Of a stretch of 64,000 nt of DNA, positions 31,848-45,600 are shown piece by piece. Below the pieces are notes generated by a model that did no database searches, was not told the origin of the DNA, and was given only the letters and a program-made list of their open reading frames with translations. Source of the stretch: Styela clava (taxonomy: Eukaryota). How positions within the stretch are numbered: the stretch's first letter is position 1; every line of letters begins with the position of its first letter. The DNA lies in contig NC_135252.1 of NCBI RefSeq assembly GCF_964204865.1, positions 7,068,001 to 7,132,000 of the forward strand, given 5' to 3'. Both the position numbers and the translations under genes were made by a program.

Positions 31848-33678
31848 AGGCCGTAAAAAAAATTGCTCAAGGCTGCAAACTCCACACCCATGTAGAAATG
31901 ATGGGCAATTACCCCAAGATGAATAATCACAAATAAAAAAAACTTTATGTCTGAAATCAAACTTGGGACAAAAAGGTCCCCTTATATATATTATCTGCCG
32001 GACTAGTTATACACTTTCGTGTGTTTTCGATTATCATTTCTTGAATGATGGAAATAATATCTGAATCGTTACCGGCCACGAGTTTACTATGAATGTAAAG
32101 CGTGCTTAAATGTCAGTTAGTGCATGTTCACACGTGTAGCGTGTATTTTGGTCAATGCCCTTGCTTGAACTTACAAAAAGTATTTGTGTCTAGTGTCATC
32201 ATAGGACATATATGATTAAACAAAGGTTAAAAGTGTCGATGGTGCCGTGTTGTTGTTTATGATTTCGATTTTGAAAGGTCAGAACCAAAGCGTATATATA
32301 ATATAAGCGAGGCAACGCTCAGACAATGGACGCCATCTTGTGCCTATTGTTCTCGGCAATTTAACTCGGCGCCTTATGAGAAGTTCCAACACAATTATTG
32401 AAACATATCTATTATTTTCACTAATATTTTAGGTAGAAAAATTTTGAAGGTCGCGTTTTGAAATAGAATCATAGCCGAACATGCTTATATCCTTTCATGT
32501 TGGCCAAATTACATTTATAGTACATCAAATTGTCTTTGAAGACATGTATACCGGTTCCGAGTTGCTTCCGAAGTAAATAGGCCATTCTAATCGTCATAAT
32601 TAACCATTTGACAATGGCGTTCCGTATGACGTCACAGATGAAAAGTTGTATTTATTCGTCGAAATTACCGGCCGACCCAACTTTGCTTCAATGGCCGTTT
32701 CTATTTTCTGGTTAATATTTTTCGTCCGTCAAGCTCCTTACTGCTCGGCTCCAAGCTGCGCTAGAAGAACAAATGACATTGTAGGATTGTTGCGGAGACA
32801 TTTTACTGCCTCAAATTAGCGTATCACTATAAAATCTTTGAAAAAAAGGCCAAAAATGGTTCTACGCTGTGTTTGGTGTCAAATTTAACGCATTAGATAG
32901 TTTTTTATTATTAATTGCGTTATATATTTAGATAGCATATATCTTATAGTTCCAAATCCACCCCTCAGTTTCATTATAGCCCCTATAAAAGCGGACTTAT
33001 TCGATTCGGTACAACAACACGACGAAAATTTCCCATAAGACTCCATTGTTTCGCGTTTACCAAATATGGCACAAGATGGCGTCCATGAACCTGTTTAACA
33101 TTAGGCAAGTTGGTTGCCGGCCGTTGGTCAGAACACGGACATTAAAACTAAGCCCGCACGTTGATTTTGTTGATGGAATGAATCAAAAATCGATTCACAA
33201 CTCGCTTTTATCGCATTGCACAAGCCTAGTATAACATATCTCCTGTATCTGCAAGTACGGTACTGATGAGATGCAATACGGCATGTCGCGCTATCAATGA
33301 CAGACGAAGCAAAAAAAGTCAGGTGAAAGATACAGCTATGGGTTTATTGCGATGGTTCTGTTTATCGCCTGTTCTGTATGCTGATTATGAAGTCGAAATA
33401 CCTTGAATCGGAGTGCCGACGTACTGGCGTAGCGGTATTTCCAGTACCGTACTCTGATGCTGATGTAATATCGCACCTTCCATATATCAGTATCCAGCTA
33501 TGATAGTACATGAGTATAGTCTGATAGTCGTACTGCTGTACTGGCATCGCATTCGCATGTATCAGGGTAGGCTATTCAATAAAATTCTATGACAGAATAC
33601 AGAGATATATAAATCTGACACATATTTTCTTTGTTTACATAAGTCAGTCTTTCAACACTAATGAAATAATTATTGCAA

Positions 33679-36600
33679 ATGAAGTTAATTAATAATTCGT
33701 TTCGTCTTTTCCAATTTGGACTCCAATCTAAAACACACCACCGTAGGTTTTGTGGATACAATATTTTCAGAATACACCAATGCCAAACAGATTTCAAACA
33801 AGTCAGGTAAGTAAAAAATAATCTTGTTATTTATTCAAATTTATATATCACAACATAATATTGACTTATCTCTGTACTATCTGGAAGGAAACTTGCTTGT
33901 TTCCAATAATCAATATCAATTTTTGTAAGTAGACTAAGTTTGTACGAACTTGTGATAAATAGATCTAAACAAAGGCAAAAAAAATTACAATCGAGGATTT
34001 CTTCTGAAATAATGATTTTAGATATAAGTTAGCATAAAAGTCATAAATATTGGCTGAGCAATACCAAGATAGTACATACACCCATTTGAAAAACTTTCTG
34101 GGGATTCTGGATCAGCGTTTGTATGTGTAACTCAATCAATATTGTTGTCCATCAATGTTTCATCCATGGATAAATTATCATCTTGACTTCCATTTGTAAT
34201 AGGTTATTTTCCAAACTTAATTGTGAGGTTCCAAATACTGATTTGAGATTGTGTAACTGTTTGTATTGTGTAACTTAAACCAAAATATACATCCGTTTTA
34301 TTCCTGTTGTAATTTGTCAATATTGTTGTTGATCAATGTTCCAATTTCCATTCACAGATAAATTCTCATTATGACTTTTCTTTGTAACAGGTTATTTTCC
34401 AAACTTAATTATGAAGTTCCAGACACTGATTTGAGATTGATATCAGACACAATATTTGAAATATATAAAGACAATGCGAATGAAATACAATTATCAACCC
34501 TGCACAATGTAAGTTTAGTACTTTTTTAAGTAGGAATGCTTGTCTCTTGTATGTGAATGCCTTTTTATTACTTGGAATCGAATAATTTTGGTAAATTTAA
34601 TAAGTTTTCAGTAAGCATGCATTTTACAAAAAACAAAATTGTTGAGTACTTCCCTAACTGCACTTACTTTGTTTTCTATTTACTTAGCCTACATATAATA
34701 ACAATCTTATATCTTTTAATTTTCTTAGGCGTTGCTCGAACAAGGTATAAGGTGTAAAACAGATCCCAGATTCTCAACTTTTCAAACAAATTTAGCAGAT
34801 TGGAAAGAAAGTAAAAAATCTGAAAACTTGGATGGAACTAAATGTAATAAAGATGAATTATTCAGGTATATTGCTTTGTTTTCTATCATCAGTGATAATA
34901 TATGGATTGTTTTAAGTAAGTTGTCCTAATTTTTGACACGCTTGTAATCAACAGTAATTTTTAAGCTTTTTATCAGTTTTTTTTCATTAATGTGTTTAAA
35001 CTCAAAAACAGAATATTATTACTGATTCATGTAAGCACTTTGCTAAATGAGCCTGATTTTAAAAACTTAATTTTGGAAATATTTCATATTATGGAATTAT
35101 ATCTGAAATACAAGGATTAACTTGTAATATTAATTAAAACTTAATCATATCAGGGCGGTTCAAGGTTGCGGGGTTGAATGGTCGCAAAACCTTTTGAGGA
35201 GGTCTCGTGGTCACAGTCGGAGAAAACCCAAAAGTTGTCAAAATATCGCGAATTTACTTACTTTGAATATATTAATAAATGATAGTTTACCGTTCTAATA
35301 AGTCTGCGTGTTGCGTGGCTGTTTTTTAAGGAAGATATATAAAGGCCTTTAGTTATTTTAAATTCCCGAGAAGTACTGTGGTTTTTTCCGTATCTTCTCT
35401 CGTGTTTGGAATGTCGCTTCAAAATATATCCTTTGTAACAGATATTACTTGTAAGCAGACCAGACACTGCAGTTTATCGTTGCGTTGCGCAAGGAAATAC
35501 GTTTCCTCACAATTTTCCTCTGTCACGTTTCTTTTGACACTCATTTCATGATGAATTATTATATTTGACTAAATCAATAATTTGCAGCGTGAGCAGGCCT
35601 AATGCTATCGTCAAATAACAACCGAGTCCATCTAAGTTGGGATTTTGGGACCTAGCTGTCAGCTGATGAACCCTGGATTGCACAGACACTATGTAAGCTC
35701 TCTGTTTTGTCATCGCTGTAACATAGCCCACGCTTGAAAATAGAGAAGTGTTTTTACTAAACTAAGCTCACAAAAATATAGAAATATACGCTAAACTTAT
35801 TCTGTGGGCCACACAGAATCTGTCCATTGCTCGTGTGCCGGGGTTTGGAGTCCTTGGACAACCCTGATCTACATCCATTTCTCTTATTAAGCCTGGCAAT
35901 GACAGGCCTATAACAAATGTATAATACTCACAGTTTAATAGGTGACAGCACTTGTCTGGAAGTGATAACCAAAACTCTGGGACGTCAGTGCATCATTCCA
36001 GACTTTCAATCATTCTCTTCCAAGATTCATGCAATATTTGACTCAGTTAGGCATTGTGACACTGGCTCGGTAAGTTGGAAATAAATCTATATTCTCATTC
36101 TATTCTTCAGTGGTTAGTTCTTAGTTGTTGGCAGAAGTGCTGATATAGTTCTTGTGGAAAAGAGAGTGATAGTCGTCTTCATATAGCAAAAAGCAGCTGG
36201 TTTATTTTATTGGTATCTGGTCAAAATTTTACCGAACATAGGCTCCAAGTTTGCCCTGCTATTGATAAAGTTCTTAATCTCAAACTTAATCACATAAGTG
36301 ATGGAGGATTTATGTACAAATTTCATAGGTCATTATTTCAAGTAGTTTCAAAGTGTGGAAATTATGAAATCAGATATAATTGTTTAAAAGAGTGACTTTT
36401 GAAGAGTTGAAGTTATTTATTAATATTATGTTAGTAGTATTGACAGTGGAGGAAATGTAATCAGTCAGGTGTAATCGCTACAAAACTGATACTTGAAAAA
36501 TTAATTTTAGCTTGCGTCTTATATTCCTCAGCTAGCAAAAGAAGATCCCACGAAGTTTGGAATGTCATTATGTACTGTTGATGGTCAAAGGTAGGATGAA

Positions 36601-39600
36601 TTAAAAACTTGTATCATTCATAATAGTCAAATCCATGTAAGTTATGATATCTTCACTTGTGAAGTTTAAATGTAAAATTTGATATTCAACCGAATAATGA
36701 AAACTTGTTCAATTTTGTAGATATGAATTAATTTTTTATTGAAAAATGTTTGGTTCAAATTTGCCTCAAACTTTCAGCTTATTCTTCAGCATCTGGTAAC
36801 GTTTTTTCACTTTTCCTATTAATGAGTGTAAATTTAGGTAGAAATTACAGCATTGTCATGTTTGTATATATATTTACTCATAAGTAGTAATCAATAATAG
36901 ACACAGGATAACTAGCTCACTGTTAAACAGCTTCCTGCTACATGTTAGCATTGACTCATACTTTTCTTTTCAACATTGTGTTTTTAAGTATTCCTGTCAC
37001 AAAAATGGAAAGTTGTTTTTGTTGCTAATATTACTCAATATTTGAATGAAATATTACAGAATAGCTATCGGCGATGCTGAAATACCTTTTTGTCTACAGT
37101 CATGTATGAAGCCATTCCAGTATGCAATTGCAGTATCGAATTATACATCACAATATGTTCATCAACATATTGGGAAGGAACCAAGTGGAAATATGTTTAA
37201 TGCAATCATGTTAAATCAAGAGGGTAAGTTTACAAAAGTATGTTTGTTTGGTGAAGAACTTTACAATTACAATATTGTAGTGTCGTCTATTCAGTAAGTA
37301 ATATGTTATGGGATTAGGTGTCCTCTCTTGTTCTGAGGCAAAAGAATTAACGATACATTGAAACTTTAAGCTAGTGTTTCCCATTCGGGGAAGAATTTTG
37401 CCGTCTTGGGGAAAGCAGTTTCGCTATAGTATTACTTATGTTTTTTAGTTCTTTATTATTATTATGATCTTTAAAGAACTTTACAATGTTTATTATAGTC
37501 TATTCGAGTAATAGTGATATGTTATGGGATTAGGTTTCGTCTCTTGTTCTGAGACAAAGGAATTAACAACGCATTGAAACTCTATGCTAATGTCCACACA
37601 ATCACTGATAGGATTATTTTATATGTGCTATCTCGGCATAGCTTTCTTAAAGAGCCTCTTCCAGTGTTTATATAAACGAGCAAAGTGTCATTTGAAATTA
37701 TCTTCAAATAAAATCCTAGTTTTCACACATTATGATACTGATCCAATATTCTAGTACTCTATGAAGTAAAAAATATGTACGCCTTATGCGCCTGTCTCAT
37801 GAATTGACAAATCCAAATCTAAGCAATTTATTGACAGTGTGCCTCATGGTCCATGAAATACGATAATCCTATATTTAAAATTCCCTTTCACAGTAGTTTG
37901 TTGCAGTTATTTATTTCTGAAAACTTTAGAATACTATCCGAATCATTGTACTTTAAAGGCCATGCTGAAATGTGTTGTTTTCAAATTTTCATCTATGTCC
38001 TTTTTATCCTCCAGACCAACCACACAATCCTATGATAAATGCTGGGGCACTAGTAGTGTGTTCACTAATAAAACCTGAACTTCCAGTGGCTGAGAGATAT
38101 GTTCATGTAAGTTTGCTTAGTGTTGTACTTGTAGTAAATAAACACATTTCATGCGAGTGACCTCAGCTGTATTGGCTTATTTGATTTGATTTTTTTTTTC
38201 ATTTAGAAGTAAAATGGTATATGTCGCTCTCATTGTTTTAGCACAGTATGGTGATCTGTTAATTTGTATTACCAATGGGGTAGAAATCTATGACTGAATT
38301 ACGCAATATGTGAATCTCAAGTGCATTCTTTAGTCAAAATTTAAATAAATATTTTCGTTGTTTTCGGAAACTTTTGTGGCCATATTTGTTTATCGTACTT
38401 CCCACAATTTTATATTAATAGTGATATTTTTGTCAGAAGGAAGAATTCTTATTTCAATTCAGGTTCAAAATATTATTAGTGATATGGCCGCAGGTGAATA
38501 CACATCATTCCACAATGCTGTATTTCAATCTGAAAAGGCAACATCATACCGGAACTTTGCTCTTGCTTATTTATTAAAAGAAAAAAATGTAAGTAACTTT
38601 TTACATTAGAAATTTATTGTAAATACTTTCTTAAAATTCTAAAATCATATTCTATTTAGTGTTTCGCTGATGGTACATCTGTAGAAGAGACAGTGGATTT
38701 ATATTTGCAACTATGTGCATTTAAAATGACATGTTCATCTGCATCTGTGGCAGCTGCTACTCTAGCCAATGGTGGTGTTTGTCCTTTGAAACCAGAAAGA
38801 AGGATATTAAACTCTGATGCAGTGCGGAATACACTGGCATTGATGCACTCCTGTGGGATGTACGACTATTCTGGTGTTTTTGCCTTTCATGTGAGTTTGT
38901 ATTTTAATTAAATGGCGTACAAATTTTAAAGTGATTAGGTATAAAGATGAATATATGTTACAGGTGGGACTCCCGGCAAAGTCTGGTGTCGCAGGTGGCT
39001 TAATGCTTGTTATTCCAAAAGTGATGGGAGTTACAATATGGAGTCCTCTGCTAGATGAAAAAGGTAAGAGTTTTTTTTATTAAAAGAAGAATCTATCTTC
39101 TAGATCAGTGTACTTCGTAGTTTTCCCGTCATGTCCCACTTGGCACCGCAAAATTTTTTCGCGACACCTGAGAATACAGAAATGTGAAAAAATAATAATA
39201 AAACAGACAATAATTTAGGTGAGGCTGAAATGATCACACAAAAAAACGAATCTTGGCTCTATTTCGGTGATGGTGGGTCTCAGTATTTGATCCTTTGTTT
39301 GTTTTAACATAAGTTGGTGCCGAAAAATATTTTACCATGGGATCAGGACCCCCAGTTTGAAAAGCCCTATTCTAGATCAGCGTTTCCAAACTGGGCACTC
39401 ATCCTGCGGACCATGAGCAAAGATTTTCATTAGGTGTCATTCATGCCGACTGCAATAATTCAAATAAATTGATCCAGTTTGTAAACCTCCATCCTCCAAA
39501 GCACTCGCAAAATGAAAATAAAAAAGTTTACAATTGTAAAGTATAGGGAGAAATTTTCTTGGGTCAGAGGTTGGGAAACACTACATTTGTTTTAAATGTT

Positions 39601-40540
39601 TTAAGCATTTAATCAACAAATGTAGTGTCAGAACATCATTGTATTATGATTAAACAGGTCGAAGTTATACTGTTATTTACCTTCTATGTCAGGCAATAGC
39701 ATGAGAGGATTGGAATTTTGCAGAGAACTTGTTGAACAATACAACCTCCATGCTTATGACAACTTGAGATATTCGGAAAGGAAAAGTGATCCAAGAGTTT
39801 TGAAGCGTGCTCTAACCGTATGTAATAGTTTTTATTCCAGAGTTACCAGGCATGTTAATAAAAATGAAATTAATTATGACCTTTCTCATTATTAATGTAA
39901 AATATGATATAGTGTGATTGATGCATGTATTGTTGAATTGAATCCAAACAGATATATTAAAATATACATTTAAAACCTATTACCAGCTATACGGTTGAAA
40001 TACAAATCAGCAACACAAAACATGGAAAACACTAAATTCCCAACTCTTGGCTGGAAACACGTCACAGATTGATCAATATCACAGATTGATCAATACAAAG
40101 CGCTCGATACAAAAAGCATAAACAGCAAATCCTTGCTCACCATCAAGGAAATTGCTAAAATGACCTATTTTCATTGAATTCAACATGCTATTAATACAAA
40201 TTCATTGTTATATTTCACAGTCGCTACAATTTCACTAATTTTATTCTGCAACGTTTCGTCTCACCCTAGATAGGCAGCCTAAAACAATAAGGAAAGAACA
40301 TTTACGTGATTTAAATGTAGATGAAAGTGTGTTGCATCTTGCATGACCTTTGAACCTTCCAATATAGCCATTTTGATTCTTGCTACGGCATCTTTGGTCC
40401 TTCAACTGTACAATCAACCATATTTTTAATATTTATCAGCAATTTTTGTTTTTCAGGATAACGAAATTTGCCTTTTGTCATCATATGCACAACTCAAGTC
40501 AATTGAACGCCAGCATACACACCATCTCAACCTTGTGTAA
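33679..40540 (+). CDS. GLS: Glutaminase (GLS/GLS2 family), mitochondrial, 12 exons, ~506 aa
   Basis: Exons: 33679-33806 (R/F/S-rich transit-like [13 protein letters not shown]...), 34391-34508, 34729-34865 (DPRF), 35934-36069 (IIPDFQSF), 36511-36590 (ASYIPQLAK...CTVDGQR), 37060-37223 (catalytic QSCMKP, GKEPSG), 38015-38106 ([10 protein letters not shown]), 38463-38588, 38660-38890 ([16 protein letters not shown]), 38964-39063 (VGLPAKSGV), 39693-39817 (GNSMRG), 40457-40540 (least certain). GT-AG introns, consistent phases, total 1521 nt. Confidence 0.93.
34140..34440 (+). repeat. Partial tandem duplication of the glutaminase intron 1/exon 2 boundary
   Basis: 34140-34251 mirrors 34321-34439, including the acceptor (tttgtaatag vs tttgtaacag) and the first ~16 codons of exon 2. 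Confidence 0.85.
35151..35866. mobile_element. hAT-like non-autonomous element in glutaminase intron 3
   Basis: Ends cagggcggttcaagg / ccttggacaaccctg form imperfect TIRs; TSD poorly conserved. Confidence 0.5.
37300..37592. repeat. Local duplication of a ~75-bp segment (37300-37378 and 37517-37592)
   Basis: atatgttatgggattagg...ctcttgttctgag.caaa.gaattaac...cattgaaact occurs twice. Confidence 0.8.
39106..39583. mobile_element. Two adjacent hAT-type MITEs (39106-39369 and 39378-39583)
   Basis: The first is flanked by the 8-bp TSD ttctagat; the second has ends cagcgtttccaaac / gttgggaaacacta. Confidence 0.6.
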
Positions 40541-41140
40541 ATAGATTCTCGACTCAGAAAATATTATTGAGAAGTTTTTTAATATTGCAATTTAGGTTCA
40601 CATCAGAATGATATTTATTTTATTTTTGTGCCTATAATACGTAGTGGCGCTTTGTATGAATATCCCTGCCAGCTTCAAACTTTTATTTGTGCTTCAAACA
40701 CCTCAATGCAATTGTGATACACAATGTTTTCAAAATTTTATTGTTTTGTCATCTAGAAGCTTTTTGTATATACAGAATGTTACAAAATATGTTTTCAAAA
40801 TCTTTTCCACGTTATACACAATAGAAATTGCGCTAGTACTCTTGATTAATTTTCATTGTGGATTATATCAATCATTTCAACTATGATGTCACACTGTGAT
40901 ATATGACACACCATGTTTGCACAAAGCTGTTTGTGTTTCCCTCATTGCCTGATAGTGTAACTATATGTTGAAGTGTTTTTAGAATAGTTTTATCTCCGCT
41001 TGCTTTATTTTATTGCACAGTTTATTATTTATTTTATTGCCACTTAACCATGTCTTGAATTTACCAGATATTGCTTGAATTAAACTTATTTTAAACATGG
41101 AATTCTATCTAGTACTTATGATAAGAACTAGGGTCTAGTA

Positions 41141-41432
41141 CAGGGGTGGACAAGGTTTTCGTAACGGGGGCCAAAAATTTTGCGCATTTAGACTGGCAGG
41201 CCATGTAAGTATGAAGTATAAGTTGCATTTTATAAACAATATTTACAGTGTTGCAAAAGTGGAAAAAAATAAGCCCCATGCCGACAAAACTCAATTTAAT
41301 CGCAATCCAACAAATTCCTTGAGCTATTTTTTGATAAAACAGCAAAATTTGCTTGTGACAGAATCTGGCAGGCCAGATTGTATTACTGAATGGGCCGGAT
41401 TTGGCCCGCGGTCCATAGTTTGCCCATGTCTG
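41141..41432. mobile_element. hAT (Buster/Charlie-type) MITE
   Basis: Ends caggggtggacaa / ttgcccatgtctg; perfect 8-bp TSD gtctagta (nnnTAnnn); ggcccgcgg subterminal motif. Confidence 0.85.
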
Positions 41433-42024
41433 GTCTAGTAGCTAACTTTTGTGGTGAGGCCATATGTTGCCCGCAGCTTTATTATCCGTGGCTCGCGTCG
41501 CAGAGTGAATAAAAAATCGCATATGGTGTTGTTTCATCATCACTGATATGGCTAGCTGAGGCAACTAGCACCTACTAGTGAATGATGTGCTTGGCAGTCT
41601 AAATTGTTAGCTGGTTTTCTTTTTGGTCAGAATTTTGGCATCATAGCAAACTAAAAATTCAATGCAGATTCTATTAGGCTATGCCTGATAACTAAATATT
41701 AATATTATGGCCTAACAATATAATTCATGCTGGGTGTTTTTTGCAAGCAGCCTAAACTGTATTACGAAAAATATTGCCTTTATGTCAGAAAATTTAGTAA
41801 TTACCCCCTTGGACCTCACATTTGATAACCAATCAATCTGGATTTATTTTGAGTTTGAAATGACGAATTCAAACAGATTTTTAACTGGATATGAGAGGGA
41901 AAATACCACAATACTTGCTATCGGAAAGTTGTGTCGGGAAAAAAAGAATATGATTTAAAACGGCATTTTAGAATCTCATGAACAATGAGCATTTTCCAAA
42001 GTTAAGATTTTGCTTCGAGAATCT

Positions 42025-42315
42025 TATCGATGTTCGAAAGCACATTTTTCTGTTATGAAGAATCTGGAATCTTACACTAAATGCAGATATAGAAAGACTT
42101 TTGCAGGTTTTAGTAAGTTTTTTGGTGGCTTTTAGCTTGATAAATGACAAATACTGATCAATGTGTTGTGTATCATCGATGTTCAAAAGCACTTTCTCCG
42201 TTCTGAGTAGTCTGAAATCTTACACTAAATGTAAATATAGAAAGGCTTTTGCAGGTTTTAGGAAGTTTTTTGGTGGTTTTTGCATGATAAATGACGAGTA
42301 CTGATCAATGTGTTT
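42025..42315. repeat. Diverged tandem duplication, 2 x ~150 bp
   Basis: atcgatgttc.aaagcac...aatcttacactaaatg...ttttgcaggtttta...actgatcaatgtgtt is repeated. Confidence 0.85.
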
Positions 42316-42659
42316 GCACGATAAAGTGTTCGTTTCATATTGCACTGTATAACTGATCTTGGCACTATTGTGGCCCGCGATACGCAAGATTGACCAATTC
42401 GGCACTGGTCAATTTTTCAACACTGTGAAATGGACCAAGACATAAATACTAGTGATTGACAGAAACTGTGAGACGATTTAGAGCGCAGGATAAGTCAACT
42501 ATGAAAGAATGCTTCTTGTGCAACACTGCAGTCATTCTACTAATATATATTACATATGACACAAGAATGATACAAAACATATATTTAATTCTAAATACTA
42601 CACACATCTACATGATACACAAATCTATAATTTCTTGTTGATGCTGCATTCTCGACTCT

Positions 42660-45600
42660 TCAATCATCAGTCAGAAGCAATGATATCACACTGTGATCCA
42701 TCTTTTCATGTTTGCTTGTTTTCATCCCTCTTTCCATGGTTGATAATACGGATTGAAGCGCAACAGTGTATGCTGAAAAAATTACCAATAAAAATTCATT
42801 TGCTTGTTATATTCTGATTTTGATTTTATACATTTCACAATGATATGAGATGGAAACATCTCATACAGAAGATGTACCAAAGGTCAAATTTCCGAATAAA
42901 CTTTAATAATTTTTTAAAGTACCGTAAGCAAAATCATTTGTTCACATCAGTGAGATCTTGTATTGCCAAATATCCTTTTTAGAGATAACTTTCATATGTC
43001 GTATGAAAGCTAAACGATAACAATTGGCAGTACTTCATCTTATGTATGTCAAACCCAACTTTTCTGTGGACACATGGTCAAGGAAACCCACGCCTTAACG
43101 AGCATCAGTAGAACATTTCCTGCTGTACTAAGTGTAGTGAAGTCTTAGAAAAAACTTGCAGCCTTACATCCAAGTATTGAAATGGCCAGCTGATTTCTTA
43201 CTCTGATTAATATCCCAACAAGATTTCTCTACTTGGTGATTAATTTGTCTTAATTGATTTTTAACGTTCACACTCTTACCTTCCATATTTCTGTAGAACA
43301 GGCAATTGTTTGCACATGTGTATGGATTTGTTCCCCAGAATGTTGTTGAACAGCAGCAAAGTGGAGGAAGTGTTATTCGATTCATTTCAAGCCTTTCTTG
43401 AATTTGAGCTTTTATTGCAGTTGCAAATCTGAAAAATTAACATGCTGGTGTCTGGTCTGGTCGTTAGACACAGAGTACATTATCAAGTCTTATAGTGCAA
43501 CACTGTGATTTCCAAACTGTGCGCTACGATGCACTTGAATTTTGAGTGCATTCTAAAATGTCGATCCATTATTTGAAACTACTTCATATCTTCCCTTGTT
43601 GAATAAAAACTTGACATGAAATGATCAAATTTAGGTTTTACTACAGACTATTCAACAAAATTATTGTTGATGTTGCATTATGAAACATTGCCATGTATAC
43701 AGTTGCATATACTATAAAACTTTTCGATGCTACTTTGGCATGCATTTTATCTCATAAAGACATGCTCATAGAATTCAATTCCTAACTCTAACTGAAATCA
43801 CTGAGATCACACAGCCGTTGAGATCGCATACCAAAATAGCACCAACTTTATTCTTTTATATAAATAGTATTTTATAAAGGTAACAAGCTGTGAGAATAAA
43901 AGAGTTTGGGACCCTCCTAAGTCCGAACAAACTTAATGTAAATACGAAAACGCAAGTGGAGGTGATCAAGACACAGGTTGCCAGTGACAGAGAGGGGGAC
44001 AAAAATAGGCTATATATAAAAAGACAATACATGCTTGCATGTCATGTGATAAGCACATTGTCCACAGAGAAATGTGTATTGTCAAATAGATCAAAAGCCA
44101 CATCATCTTAAAAAAGATTCCCAAACAGACACCAGATTGAGTATCGTATTTTACTGACTATAAGACAAACCTGATTGTGAGGCACACTGTCAATAAATGG
44201 CTTAGTTTGAGTTTTTATTCATACATAAGGCGCGAACGAATTACCTTTCTATTCGCTTCTGCTTTTCAATTTTATCTTTCTCTTTTTTGGCTTTTCGTTT
44301 CTCCTTCATGTCTTTTGCAATTTTACGTTGCTCAATTTTTGCTGCAGCAGCATGGATTCTCCCATCATGTTCTTTTTCTAGTTGTTCGCGGGCAGCTTCT
44401 TTCTCTGCACGAAGTCTATAAACAGCACAGCAGTATACAGTAAGGAGTATTGCTTTAATTAGGTGGATATCAAAGATTAAAAAAATTCTTTATTACAGTG
44501 GGTTTTCTATGTCAAACAAGAAAAATCCGGTCTTCCCAAACGTAGACGTTTCTTATGCCCAAGTGATTATGTTCACAGAGCATAATATAGAATGCATATC
44601 TTGAGGATAAATAAAGCACAACCGCTGTTAATAAAATGATGTTATTTATGCTGTTATTTAGTTTCGAATTTCTATATAGAAAAGCTTCATCAGGACATGA
44701 TATGAAAAGGTCACAAGTATATACAGCAAGAAAAAAATTATCAAGGTATACAATCTAATCTAAAAATTGGAAAAACACCATGATAATATATCGGGGTTGT
44801 TTAGCGGAAGTTAGCAATAATGGGGACCACTTAAATCTATTATCATGCTATCATTTTTGATAATTTTTTCCTTGCTATATATATATATATACATATGATT
44901 GCGTCCTTTCGATATCATGCCAACATGAAGTTTTTCTGTATAGAACTTCGAAATAGCGGTTTGCTAACACCGGTTGTGTTTTATTTATCCTCTATACCTA
45001 GTGGATACAGAATACATATGTTGAAATAAAGGCAATAATAAAATTGAAGAGCTATAATACCTTTCTACTTTACACTTGTGTTCTCTCCTTCGTCTTTCTT
45101 CTCGAACTTTCTCTCTTTCCATGTCTGAGAAAACTCGTCTTGACAACAATCTGCTCCTTTCATCCATTTTCTTTCTTTCATGTTCAACAACACCAGGAGC
45201 AGCTACAGGATATTCACCTTAACGAATATTTACTATAAAGATAAGTAAAAGTAAGTGTAAGTTTTATTCAATCGACTTATGACTGTTTGTTCTTGTCCAT
45301 ACACAACATGGTTTTTGATGAATCACATCTATATTATCTTTCAGTTTCAGTTATCAGCACAGTTTTGATGAGAAGCATTGTTTAGGCAAGTTGTACACAA
45401 TGGTATTAATTAATTTTTATTTTAGAGCGACCATAACTTCCAGGCATCAAGACATTCCATGGCGCCGAAGAGGCTACGGATCTTTATTGAAAATGTAATA
45501 CATGATGAGACATCTTGGAAGTTAAAATTCATTTTTCTCTAATATAAGGAATTCACTGCTGAGCAACAGACTATAAGCAAATTGAAAATAATCAATTAGC

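Noticed and set aside
36425-36456. …DSGGN|GTAATC just upstream of the YIPQL exon, resembling an alternative glutaminase exon
   Set aside because: There is an in-frame stop 11 codons upstream, and exon 35934-36069 already supplies this region.
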